Assembly (NCBI GenBank): GCA_030753015.1
Contig: JASMDC010000001.1
Coordinates: 64,001-128,000 of the forward strand
Direction: 5' to 3'
DNA length: 64,000 nucleotides
Origin: Candidatus Undinarchaeales archaeon
Lineage (GTDB): Archaea; SpSt-1190; JASMDC01
Shown: positions 8,532 to 17,331 of the stretch, one piece after another
Position numbering within the stretch: position 1 is the stretch's first letter
Layout of the letters: each line of letters starts with the position of its first letter
Position numbers and translations under genes: made by a program
Notes under the pieces: model-generated
What the model was told of the DNA's origin: nothing
The model's database searches: none
Seen by the model: the letters and a program-made list of their open reading frames with translations, nothing else

Positions 8532-9191
8532 TTATTTCAGCTTGATCTCCCGCATGATGACGGCGGGGCTCTTCTTCAGTGTGATTGTGAGGATGCCGTT
8601 CTCGAGCGCGGCCTTTGATCCCTGGGGCACCACGGGGATAGGCAGTTCCACTTCACGCTCGATTAGGCCGAGGGTCCGCTCGGACACGAGCACGTCCTCC
8701 TCAGGCACTTCAGTAGGTCGCTTGACGTTAGCGGCGATACGCAGGTACATCTCGTTGGCCTCGAGAGTGATGTCCTCCTTAACGACACCGGGGAGCTCCA
8801 CCTGGACGATGACCTCCTTGGCGGTCTGGTAGACGTCCACGGGGATGCTGCCGCCCGCCATGCCTTCGGTCACCCGGTCCTTGAGGGACATGAGCTCGGC
8901 GAGCACGTTCTCCTTCATGTCAGGAGAGATGCCCTGGGACGCCATAGCGTTCTTGAAGACCTCGGAGGCTGCGAACTTGAGGAATGTCTTGAGCTTGCTG
9001 GGCTCGCCACAGCTCTCGCCCTCCATCTCGTCCTCAGGGAGGATTCCCTCTTCCTCGATTCCGATATCGCCAGCTGAGAAGGCCGGCATAAGGACGTCGC
9101 GCTTCATGTACGCTTCGGCCGCGAAGGCCAGCGCCACGAAGGGGAGCACGCTGCGGAGCAGTCCGGTCGGTTCATCATCCATCCCGTTCAC
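8532..9191 (-). CDS. Hsp20/alpha-crystallin family protein with long N-terminal extension
   Basis: PVDVYQT...VELPGVVKEDI...SER...A-LENGILTITLKK and a C-terminal IxL motif. Confidence 0.88.
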   Translation of the reverse strand: MNGMDDEPTGLLRSVLPFVALAFAAEAYMKRDVLMPAFSAGDIGIEEEGILPEDEMEGESCGEPSKLKTFLKFAASEVFKNAMASQGISPDMKENVLAELMSLKDRVTEGMAGGSIPVDVYQTAKEVIVQVELPGVVKEDITLEANEMYLRIAANVKRPTEVPEEDVLVSERTLGLIEREVELPIPVVPQGSKAALENGILTITLKKSPAVIMREIKLK

Positions 9192-9238
9192 CGGGAGTGC
9201 GTCGCAGGGGCAAGAATAAAAACCCTACGGTCGAGGCC

Positions 9239-10264
9239 TCAGAACCACTGGTCGAGCTTTCCCTGGGTGCCCGATGACTGGTTCTTGGCCATGCGTTTGG
9301 CCGTCCGTTCGATGCGCTCGTCGGAGAAGTCATGCCCATCGGCCATGAACCGAACGATCATGGGGACGTTGGCACGACCCCATGTGGGAGAAACGTCGCC
9401 GTCGGCGTCGGGCTCGAGGAACATTTCCATGATGCGGTCCGGTGCGAGGTCGAACTCCCACGTCACGTTCTCCAAGACGCGCTCAAGTGTTCCCTGCTCC
9501 TTGACGAGCTTGAGCCCCTTCTTGGGCCCGATTCCCTTCACGCCGCCGGGATTGTAGTCCGTACCGATGAGGACGCCGAGCAGCACGAGCTGTTCACGTG
9601 TGATGCCCAGGGTCTCGAGGGTCTCAGCCAGATCAAGGCGCTCGGGGACGACCGGGACGTAGATGTTCCGACCGGGAAGCTTGCGCCGGCCCGAGAGGGT
9701 GACATTGCGGACGAAGGTGGGGGCGCCGAAGAGGAGGGAGTCGTAATCCTGGGACGCAGCAGCGTCTACTGTGCCCTTCGCCGCCATCTGGGCAGCTTGG
9801 GCCTCGCCCTCGGCAGGAGCGTCCACCCAGGGGATGCCCATGTGATCGAGGAGCGTCTTGGCCTCGGCCACCATGTCTTTTGTTAGGAACACGGCCTGCT
9901 GGGAGTACTTTCGCGCATCCTCGATGCGTCCCTCGCGGAGCGCCTTCTCCCACTGGAGCTTGGCCTCCTCCCGCACGGCACGTCGCTCGTCGAGGACAGC
10001 ACGCTTTTCGAGTGGTGGTGGACCGTCGAAAACGTACACAGGCTGTACGCCCTTCTCCACGAGGTTGGCAGTGCGGTAGAACGTACCGGAAAGATGGCTT
10101 GTTATGTTCCCTTTAACGTCGTGGAGCGGGGTGCCGTCCCTCTGGCGGATGCTGGATATGAACTGGTAGAGGGCGTTGTACCCGTCGATAGCGACCTTCA
10201 GGCCGGCGAGGTCAGAGATGGCCAGCTCCCGCGGGGCTAGAAGGTCCCGGAGCTGTACGCCCAT
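9239..10264 (-). CDS. fen: Flap endonuclease 1
   Basis: MGVQL, AIDGYNALYQF, EGEAQAA, SQDYDSLLFG, GTDYNPGG and C-terminal PIP box QGKLDQWF. Confidence 0.97.
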   Translation of the reverse strand: MGVQLRDLLAPRELAISDLAGLKVAIDGYNALYQFISSIRQRDGTPLHDVKGNITSHLSGTFYRTANLVEKGVQPVYVFDGPPPLEKRAVLDERRAVREEAKLQWEKALREGRIEDARKYSQQAVFLTKDMVAEAKTLLDHMGIPWVDAPAEGEAQAAQMAAKGTVDAAASQDYDSLLFGAPTFVRNVTLSGRRKLPGRNIYVPVVPERLDLAETLETLGITREQLVLLGVLIGTDYNPGGVKGIGPKKGLKLVKEQGTLERVLENVTWEFDLAPDRIMEMFLEPDADGDVSPTWGRANVPMIVRFMADGHDFSDERIERTAKRMAKNQSSGTQGKLDQWF

Positions 10265-10273
10265 GGGCCGTCC

Positions 10274-10543
10274 CTAGAGGGCGCGGCGAACGTCCACCGT
10301 GTCGACCTGACTGACCCCTTCGATGGCCCCGAGAGTGTTCTCTACCTTATCGAGTATGCCCTCTTGCTCGGGGATGACGACCATCACCATGAGCGCCTTG
10401 AGCCCGAAAGCGATAGGCTGCTCGCCGATATTGTGGACCTCTACAAGGGCGCCCACATCCTTCTTGATGGTCTCCTTGAGCCCGTCCAGATCGATCTCGA
10501 GCCCGTCGGGCATAACCTTGAAGGTCGTGATTACTTCTCCCAT
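10274..10543 (-). CDS. ef1b: Elongation factor 1-beta
   Basis: MGEVITTFKVMP...EQPIAFGLKAL. True start is ATG 10543. Confidence 0.95.
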   Translation of the reverse strand: MGEVITTFKVMPDGLEIDLDGLKETIKKDVGALVEVHNIGEQPIAFGLKALMVMVVIPEQEGILDKVENTLGAIEGVSQVDTVDVRRAL

Positions 10544-10544
10544 T

Positions 10545-10712
10545 CTAAGGCCCCTCGAATCCACATTCCCCGCATTCGTAGGACCTGCCAAGGGCCTTGC
10601 ACCGACCACAGCGAGCGACGGTGGCCTTGCCACAGTTCGGACAGGGAAATATCACAAAATATTGTGCGAGAAGGGAGTTCATCCCGCACGAGGCGCAGGT
10701 GGCTGCTTCCAT
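10545..10712 (-). CDS. Small zinc-finger protein (DUF1610/HVO_2753-like), absent from ORF track
   Basis: MEAATCASCG...FPCPNCG...RCGRCK...YECGECGFEGP, 55 aa, in its usual position upstream of ef1b. Confidence 0.92.
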   Translation of the reverse strand: MEAATCASCGMNSLLAQYFVIFPCPNCGKATVARCGRCKALGRSYECGECGFEGP

Positions 10713-10897
10713 GATGACCGGGCAAGGAGAGTGAGGATGTATTTTTAAGGTTTATCCTCGCCGCGCCCCGCCACCTCCGAACCCTCCTTGGTCGGGACGA
10801 GAGTATCCTGTTCTTCATGCTTTCGGACCGCTAATTACATGGCGATGAATATCGACCTCCTAGGGTCCTTCAGCGACGGAAAAGAGAAGGGGGGGCA

Positions 10898-10923
10898 TGA
10901 GGGGGGAGTCCAGTCCCCCTCAT
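10898..10923 (-). terminator. Hairpin followed by pyrimidine tract at the end of the 10920..11414 gene
   Basis: Minus strand ATGAGGGGGA-CTGGAC-TCCCCCCTCAT, followed by CCCCCCCTTCTCTTTTCC. Confidence 0.4.
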
Positions 10924-11414
10924 ACCATGGGAATAAGTTCTATGTAGAGGGGTGTTGTCTTGATGTGTATCTCCTCGTAGGGAGCCTTGATACTAGCGAT
11001 AATCCTGTGGATGTTGTTGTAGAGGTAGGGGAGGAGATGCTTCTCCGGCCCCATTACACCACTGAGAGGGATCCTCCCGGTGCGGATGCCGTCTATGACC
11101 ATCTCCCGAATGGCCAGGTACTCCTCGGGCAGGAGGTGGTCCTTGGAGTTGATGGGTGGTATGCGCTTCTTCAGCTGGCCAGGGATCTCCTCCTGGAGCC
11201 GGTAACGCTTGAGGTTACCCACCTTGCGTGAATAGAGAAGCTTGCGCTTCTCAAGAACACGGAGCTTGCTCGTGAGCGTTCGGTATTCCGGTGTGTCGGA
11301 CCGTGGCTTCATACCATAGACCGACACCATCAGGTCCGCTACTGAGAACTCCTTCTTCTCGAACAACTTTCGCGCAATCTCGATGAACTCCTCGTCTCTC
11401 ATTGTGTTCTCCAT
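10920..11414 (-). CDS. Hypothetical protein, possible winged-helix DNA-binding protein
   Basis: 164 aa basic protein. LRVLEKRKLLYSRKVGNLKRYRL resembles a recognition helix plus wing. Confidence 0.6.
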   Translation of the reverse strand: MENTMRDEEFIEIARKLFEKKEFSVADLMVSVYGMKPRSDTPEYRTLTSKLRVLEKRKLLYSRKVGNLKRYRLQEEIPGQLKKRIPPINSKDHLLPEEYLAIREMVIDGIRTGRIPLSGVMGPEKHLLPYLYNNIHRIIASIKAPYEEIHIKTTPLYIELIPMV

Positions 11415-11659
11415 GACCGCCCTTCCATCCCAAGTAACTGAAGGTGAACGGAGCGATTTCCTTGCGTTTTACCTCGCTCAAACCCCTTCAGGGCGGTTTT
11501 TATGGTCCCGCTCTTCAGTTTTAAAGCTTTGCATACAAAAAAACGATGAAAATCCTTTAAAATCGCGTAACTCGCAATTAACGCCGGTTTTTATCGTATA
11601 ACAAGTATTTAACGTTTAGTAACACAACTTTTTCAAATTAAGGCACATGTGGCCGTTCT

Positions 11660-12946
11660 ATGGTCCTCGATTTCCTGCGCTCCTTGCTCGGTGGGCGCGA
11701 GGAAGAGCCCACCCCGCCTCCCGGGCCAATCGAAGTCGAGCTCAACGAGGTGGTTGACCTCGTGCGTGAGCGTACCCGGGGAGAGGCCCGCGACTCGATC
11801 GACCGTGTGAACGAGCTGGCATCAAATATTCGCCGTCGGCTCGAGGCACTTGAACAGCTGGTCGAAGCTCTGGACGAGGAAGAGGTCGATAATGACGAAG
11901 TGGACGTTCGCCTCATCAAGGCAGTAGGCGAATCCCGGCGCCACCTCCAGCGCAAGGTGGCCAAGGCCATGCACAAGGTAGCCTTTCCCCAGGATGAGCG
12001 ATTGGATTCCCTTGCCGAGTTCACCGATTCTCTTGACGCGTCGCTCCGCATGCTCACGAAGGCCAGCCAAGCCCATGTCTACTATCTCTCCGTGGTCTTC
12101 CCCAAGGATACCAAAGCGGTGGGTGAGGAATTGCGAGAGCTGGTCGAGCTCCATAAAGAGCTGTCCAAGGCAATGAAGGGCCTCAGGTCCATTGGTGGCC
12201 TGGACGAGCTTGCCGAACTCGTGGCAGACGCTCAGGAGGCGGACGTGATAGGGCAGCGGATGGACGAAGAGACGGAGCGGCTCCAAGACCGCCTTGAGGT
12301 GCTGGAGGGTGAGGTCACGTCGTTGGGGGCAGAACGTCAGGCCACGGAGGGTGAACTGACCGAGGTGGAAAAAGAGCTAGAGGACGCACGTGAGCAACTA
12401 CACGAGGCCGGACGCCGTATCGAGACGACGCTCGGAGGCGTTAAGAAAGCGTTAAAAAAGTATCAGAAAACGCTAGACTCGGGCGATGAGTCCCAGGTGG
12501 CCGCGGCATATCTTAAACGGCCAGTGGCCACTCTGGTCGCCGAGGGTCCACAACACCCCCAGTTCTCCAGGCTACTTGATGGGCTAACAACTGCCTGTGA
12601 TAGCCGGTCCTTGGGAATCAAGAAGGACAAGGCCACCAAGACCAAAGCGGCCTTGAAGCAACTCCAGGACGGCGCATTAGCACCCCACATAACGTCCTAT
12701 ACGGCACTGGCCGAGGAGGTCCAGAAGAAGGAGCGCAATCTCGCCGAGCATCCAGTGGTCCAACGCGCCCACGAGCAGGACGCGCGGTTGAGGGAGATGG
12801 AGCGCGAGACCGAGAAGATGTGCCGTGAGCTCAAGTCCCTTGAGCGTGAAGCGGACATCGTCGTGCGCCGGAGGGACACTGACCTAGCGAATATCGGACG
12901 GATAGCGACATCCCTTGTCGGATCCAGGGTGCGCGTAGTCACTTGA
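11660..12946 (+). CDS. Coiled-coil hypothetical protein
   Basis: 428 aa, E/L/R/K-rich heptad pattern, no Walker motifs. Confidence 0.8.
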   Translation: MVLDFLRSLLGGREEEPTPPPGPIEVELNEVVDLVRERTRGEARDSIDRVNELASNIRRRLEALEQLVEALDEEEVDNDEVDVRLIKAVGESRRHLQRKVAKAMHKVAFPQDERLDSLAEFTDSLDASLRMLTKASQAHVYYLSVVFPKDTKAVGEELRELVELHKELSKAMKGLRSIGGLDELAELVADAQEADVIGQRMDEETERLQDRLEVLEGEVTSLGAERQATEGELTEVEKELEDAREQLHEAGRRIETTLGGVKKALKKYQKTLDSGDESQVAAAYLKRPVATLVAEGPQHPQFSRLLDGLTTACDSRSLGIKKDKATKTKAALKQLQDGALAPHITSYTALAEEVQKKERNLAEHPVVQRAHEQDARLREMERETEKMCRELKSLEREADIVVRRRDTDLANIGRIATSLVGSRVRVVT

Positions 12947-13073
12947 GGATTGATCCCCGAATTCACAGGTATTAACGTCCGCTATCTTCAATGGCATACG
13001 AATAGGCTCCCGTATCGCGGTCCGCTGCTGCTTTTTCAAAAGGTTTTAATGTATTCATCGAATGGTGAGGGTT

Positions 13074-13148
13074 GCGACTGTGGTCCAGTCTGGTCTAGGA
13101 CTCAGGCTTCCCAAGCCTGCTGCCCGGGTTCAAATCCCGGCAGTCGCA
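13074..13148 (+). tRNA. tRNA-Gly (CCC)
   Basis: Acceptor GCGACTG/CAGTCGC, anticodon arm CAGGC-TTCCCAA-GCCTG, T-arm CCGGG-TTCAAAT-CCCGG. No intron and no encoded CCA. TTTTAATG box upstream. Confidence 0.96.
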
Positions 13149-13157
13149 TTCATTCTC

Positions 13158-13175
13158 GCCCCCGCACGCGGGGGC
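13158..13175. terminator. GC-rich inverted repeat between the convergent tRNA and coiled-coil gene
   Basis: GCCCCCGC-AC-GCGGGGGC. Confidence 0.4.
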
Positions 13176-13194
13176 AGAACCTACAGGAAAGAGA

Positions 13195-13563
13195 TCACTT
13201 TTCATCCGCGAACTCGGCGCCCAGCTCCTTCACATTCCGGGAGAGGCTCTCGACGCGCTTTTCCATGAGCTCGGCGATGAGGGACTCGTACTCGGACTGT
13301 TTTCCCTCCAGCAGCCTCAGCTGTTTTTCGAGCTCGTGGATCCGTTCGATTTCCAGAGCACGTCGCCCCTCTGACTCTGCAAGCTTGGACTCAATGTCCT
13401 CCGTCGACACGGTCGCGGCCGAGCGACGCACATCAGCGTCGATCCGTCGTGCTTCGGCCTCGCGGAGCTTGGCCGTGAGCTTATCGTTCTCAGCCTTGAG
13501 GGTCTCGATACGGTCGTTGAGCTCGGCGATCTTGGCCTTGAAGTACAGGGTCCCCGTGGGCAC
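13195..13563 (-). CDS. Small coiled-coil protein
   Basis: Heptad-rich (KIAELNDRIETLKAENDKLTAKLRE). Likely start GTG 13563 avoids overlap with the ATPase gene. Confidence 0.7.
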   Translation of the reverse strand: MPTGTLYFKAKIAELNDRIETLKAENDKLTAKLREAEARRIDADVRRSAATVSTEDIESKLAESEGRRALEIERIHELEKQLRLLEGKQSEYESLIAELMEKRVESLSRNVKELGAEFADEK

Positions 13564-13615
13564 GGAATGGCTAGTGTTCCCAAGCTTTATCAACTTTAGT
13601 CCCCTGGGCACACTC

Positions 13616-14644
13616 GTGGACGAGCTCCTAACGGCCCTGCGGGAACGGACGCGGGACGAGGGTATCGACATACCCGGGATCATCGGCCAGAATGGGACCA
13701 AGCGCGATGTGCTCTCCGCGATCCTTGCTGGCCGCCATATTATCATCAAAGGTTATCCGGGTGTCGGAAAGACCACGCTCGCCCGTACGATAGCGGAGCT
13801 CCTGCCTTCGGTGAAAGCGGTTGAGGGCTGTCCCTATCATTGCGATCCCAAACGGCCCGTGTGCCCGTTGTGCCGCTCACGAGAGGGGAAGGCGACAGTG
13901 AATACGGTCACTGGCGCCCAGCGGTTCATCCGTGTCCAGGGGAGCCCGGACCTCCAGGCCGAGGACCTTCTTGGTGATATCGATCCCGTGAAAGCCATGA
14001 AGTACGGCCCCTCTAATCCGCGGGCGTTCACTCCCGGCAAGCTTTTGAAGGCCAACCGCGGAGTTCTCTTCTTCGACGAGCTCAACCGGTGCCCAGAGCG
14101 GCTCCAGAACGCGCTGCTCCAGGTGCTGGAGGAGGGGATCGCGACCTTGGGAGGGTACGACGTCGACTACCCCGCCCGTTTCATCCTCATCGCAACCATG
14201 AACCCGTCCGAGTACGTGGGTACCGAGAAGCTCTCTGAGGTACTGCTGGACCGGTTCGACACCACGACCATGACCTACCCTGCTACGACCGAGGACGAGC
14301 GAACCATCGTTCAGGAGCGGAGTAAGGTCGTGGAGGGGGTTGCGGTCCCGGATGACCTGCTCGCCCTCATGATCGCCATCGTTCGTGCCACACGCGACCA
14401 CAAGGACATCGAGCGACCTGCCGGTGTCCGCGCTTCTATTGGATTGTACGAGCGGACACAGACGAACGCCATGCTCCAAGGCCGCGACAAGGTCATACAG
14501 CAGGACGTGCTGGATGTCGTTGAATCCGTGCTTGCCCATCGCATCCATCTTTCGGGCCGTGTGAGCCATGTCAAGAGCCCCGAGGACGTCCTCAGGGACA
14601 TAGTGGACACCGCTCTCCGCGAAGCAAAAAAAAAACAAGCGTGA
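13616..14644 (+). CDS. BchI/ChlI- or MoxR-like AAA+ ATPase
   Basis: Walker A GYPGVGKT, CPYHCDP...CPLC insert, PGKLLKANRGVLFFDELNR, ATMNP, LLDRF. Start corrected from 12950 (could be CTG 13604). Confidence 0.9.
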   Translation: MDELLTALRERTRDEGIDIPGIIGQNGTKRDVLSAILAGRHIIIKGYPGVGKTTLARTIAELLPSVKAVEGCPYHCDPKRPVCPLCRSREGKATVNTVTGAQRFIRVQGSPDLQAEDLLGDIDPVKAMKYGPSNPRAFTPGKLLKANRGVLFFDELNRCPERLQNALLQVLEEGIATLGGYDVDYPARFILIATMNPSEYVGTEKLSEVLLDRFDTTTMTYPATTEDERTIVQERSKVVEGVAVPDDLLALMIAIVRATRDHKDIERPAGVRASIGLYERTQTNAMLQGRDKVIQQDVLDVVESVLAHRIHLSGRVSHVKSPEDVLRDIVDTALREAKKKQA

Positions 14645-15909
14645 GCGATGAGCCGGAGGATGCTCCCCCTGACGGGGAAAAGGGCGGTGGGGCCAATCCG
14701 CCGACGGATATCGACCTTTCCTATTTCGATGAGCTCGAGCCTAAGGAGAGGCAGAGCCTCCTGGACGCTGCCAGCAAGGAGAGCCAGGACGCCCAGGTCC
14801 TGCGCACCATGATGAACCGGGGCGTCTCATCCTTCGATCCGTCCCATCTCGCCCGCCTCCTCACCTCCAATACGAAAGCGGCCGTGGGCGTGTACGGGGA
14901 ACCGTTCCTGGAGGCGATGACCGGGCTTATGCTGCTGGACTTCGATGCGTACGAGGGCCATCCCGATCGCAAGGGCGAGCTGACCAAACGCATCGATAAG
15001 CAGGTGGGTGCCATGATGCGGGCCGGCTACTTCACGGCACGTGAGGGCGAGGGATTCGAGATCAGCGAGCAGGGAGAAGAGCTGGCCGCCGTGAGCCTTC
15101 TCATCGACGAGCTGGAAGGCCTCTCCCGGATGGGTCGCGGCGATCACGCGATCCATACCTTGGGGGAGCGTGAGCACGGGTATCCCATGTCCCTCCGCCC
15201 CTACCGAAAGGGTGACTCCTATAGGGATATCTCCGTTCGCCAGAGCCTCAAGCGCGCGGTTGTGCGGGGACGCGACTTCCCACGTACCGAGGACCTTCGT
15301 GTGTATGAGCGCACGCGCAGCGTCTCCTTGGACATCGTGTACGCCCTGGACATCTCGGGGAGCATGCATGGGGACAAGCTCGATGCAGGCAAGAAGGCCG
15401 CAGTCGGGCTCGCGTTCACGGGCACGAAGGCCGGTGACCGCGTGGGAGTCGTGGCGTTCAATGTCAGGCCTACCCGGGTCGTGGAGCCAACAGCGCAGGT
15501 GGAGCAGGTTGCCCGGGAGGTGACGGCCCTCAGCCCTGCCCTGGGTACCGATATCGCGGCCGCTATCAGAGCTGGCCGGGAGATGCTCATTGACGCGTCA
15601 ACACCGCATCGGGGCCGCCACATCATCGTGATCTCCGACGCCATCCCCACAACCGGGGACGAGGATCCGGTGGAACGGTCCTACGAGGAGGCCTCCATCA
15701 CCGCTGCCGCCGACATAACCATCTCGCTTGTTGGCATCGACCTATCTGAGGAAGGGGAGGACATCGGTCGCACGCTCACCCGTATCGCTGGAGGACGCTT
15801 CTACCATATATCCAATCCTCACGACCTACACAACGTGGTGCTTGAGGAGCGGAACGAGGCGCGGATGGGCCTGATGTCCAACCGCCCTCAGCGGACCCGG
15901 TGGGGTTGA
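14641..15909 (+). CDS. vWA domain protein (BchD-like partner of the AAA+ ATPase)
   Basis: MIDAS DISGSM, DRVGVVAF, GTDIAAAI, VISDAIPT. GTGA overlap with the ATPase. Confidence 0.9.
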   Translation: MSDEPEDAPPDGEKGGGANPPTDIDLSYFDELEPKERQSLLDAASKESQDAQVLRTMMNRGVSSFDPSHLARLLTSNTKAAVGVYGEPFLEAMTGLMLLDFDAYEGHPDRKGELTKRIDKQVGAMMRAGYFTAREGEGFEISEQGEELAAVSLLIDELEGLSRMGRGDHAIHTLGEREHGYPMSLRPYRKGDSYRDISVRQSLKRAVVRGRDFPRTEDLRVYERTRSVSLDIVYALDISGSMHGDKLDAGKKAAVGLAFTGTKAGDRVGVVAFNVRPTRVVEPTAQVEQVAREVTALSPALGTDIAAAIRAGREMLIDASTPHRGRHIIVISDAIPTTGDEDPVERSYEEASITAAADITISLVGIDLSEEGEDIGRTLTRIAGGRFYHISNPHDLHNVVLEERNEARMGLMSNRPQRTRWG

Positions 15910-15912
15910 CCA

Positions 15913-17244
15913 TCAGAGGCCACGGGCCTTGCGGTAGCACTCCTCTGCATGACCATGGTCGTACTGCTTCTTGTAGAGGTCGCCGAGGAACTCCCAGGCC
16001 TCCCGGTCGTCAGGCCATCGTTCCAAGAGATGTCGTGCGGCGATGATCGCCCGCTCGTTGTCCTGGTTATGCCCGTGGCAGAGGGCGAGGTTGAACCAGT
16101 ATTTGCGCACCCTGTCGTTGATCTTGATTGCCTCAGAGTAGGCGCCTGATCCAAGGCCGTACTCATGGCGGAGATAGTGGACGTACGCGAGGCGGCCCCA
16201 CGCCTGATGGTTCCTCTTATCCGAGGCCACAGCGTTCTTGAAGCAGCGCAAGGCCCGATTACCGTCCCCGGGCCCCTCAAGCCACAGCTCGCCCAGGTCG
16301 GTCCAGGCGGGCGAGCAGTGCGGATCAATCTTCACCGCCCGCTCGAAGAGCTTGATGGCCGTGGGGATGTCCCCGAGCTGGTGGTAGGCGTTGCCGGCAT
16401 GGGCGAAGTAGTCGGCGCTCGTCTTCTTGGTGGTCGCGGCGTTCTCCCAGGCGGGTGCCGCCTTGTCCCAGCGGCCGCGCTTGCCCTGGAGGAGGCCGAG
16501 CTTGGCCCACGCTCGGTGGAAGGATTTATCGGCCATGACCGCCCGTTCGTAGTAGTGGACGGCCTTCCCAGTCTCGTTCTGACGTTCGTATCCCTCGGCT
16601 AGATTATAGTAGAGCATGGGATCGTCGACCTTTCCGACGGTCTCCACCCGCTGAACGAGCACGTCCACTTTCTTGGGATCGGAGCGCCCCTCCTTCAGCA
16701 TCTCCTTGATCTTGCGCAGATCGGCCTTGATGTCCTTGTGGTCATCTTTCATCTCGCGATGGTCGTCGGCAAGGCCGTCCAGCCGACGGTTCACTGAGGA
16801 GAGCATGGCTGCCAGCTGCCGGTCGGTCATCACCGAGAGCTTGGCGACCAACTCACGCTTCACCTTTTCTCCGCGGTCCCGGCTCCGCTTGTCGAGGAAG
16901 GAGAAGAACTTGGTACTCTGACGGTCGATGAACCTCAGCACCGAGTCCGAGTCACGGCCGGCCCGTTTCTGCGTATCACGCACTTCGGAGCGCATCCGTG
17001 TGATAATATCCTCCACGTCCTCGGGGGACATCCCCTCCCGGTCCAGTTCCTCCCGGACGATCCTGGTCACGTTCCTCCAGTTTTCCGGTGAAAGGGGCTT
17101 GGTGTGGAATCGGCTGTCAAGGGAGCGCTTGAACAACCGGGGGGACAACTTTTTCGCTGCCTTCGCTCCGAGACGGGCCATCACAGCTTCCACGGTGAGC
17201 GAGAGCGCGCAGTGGAGCACTATCGTACTCAGTGGATCGACCAT
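15913..17244 (-). CDS. Tetratricopeptide repeat protein with helical N-terminal domain
   Basis: Repeated AWxxLG...A...A..P TPR units in the C-terminal half. Confidence 0.85.
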   Translation of the reverse strand: MVDPLSTIVLHCALSLTVEAVMARLGAKAAKKLSPRLFKRSLDSRFHTKPLSPENWRNVTRIVREELDREGMSPEDVEDIITRMRSEVRDTQKRAGRDSDSVLRFIDRQSTKFFSFLDKRSRDRGEKVKRELVAKLSVMTDRQLAAMLSSVNRRLDGLADDHREMKDDHKDIKADLRKIKEMLKEGRSDPKKVDVLVQRVETVGKVDDPMLYYNLAEGYERQNETGKAVHYYERAVMADKSFHRAWAKLGLLQGKRGRWDKAAPAWENAATTKKTSADYFAHAGNAYHQLGDIPTAIKLFERAVKIDPHCSPAWTDLGELWLEGPGDGNRALRCFKNAVASDKRNHQAWGRLAYVHYLRHEYGLGSGAYSEAIKINDRVRKYWFNLALCHGHNQDNERAIIAARHLLERWPDDREAWEFLGDLYKKQYDHGHAEECYRKARGL

Positions 17245-17331
17245 TCAACCACTTCCAGGAGTATTAAACGTTTTAACTTGGGCCTATGGGACGTGACTTC
17301 CGTCCCGCAGTCGACTGTGATCGGCCGCCTC

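Noticed and set aside
10750-10900. C/D box sRNA in the intergenic region
   Set aside because: Only degenerate box-like words are present, without a convincing C-D'-C'-D arrangement.
10860-10922. UGA readthrough suggested by the hairpin over the stop of 10920..11414
   Set aside because: Readthrough adds only a short low-complexity peptide. A terminator explains the structure better.
13074-13200. Integrated element at tRNA-Gly
   Set aside because: No integrase was seen, nor any duplicated tRNA 3' end in the window.
12950-13603. N-terminal 220-aa extension of the AAA+ ATPase in the ORF track
   Set aside because: It overlaps the tRNA-Gly and the opposite-strand coiled-coil gene, so it is a spurious upstream open frame.
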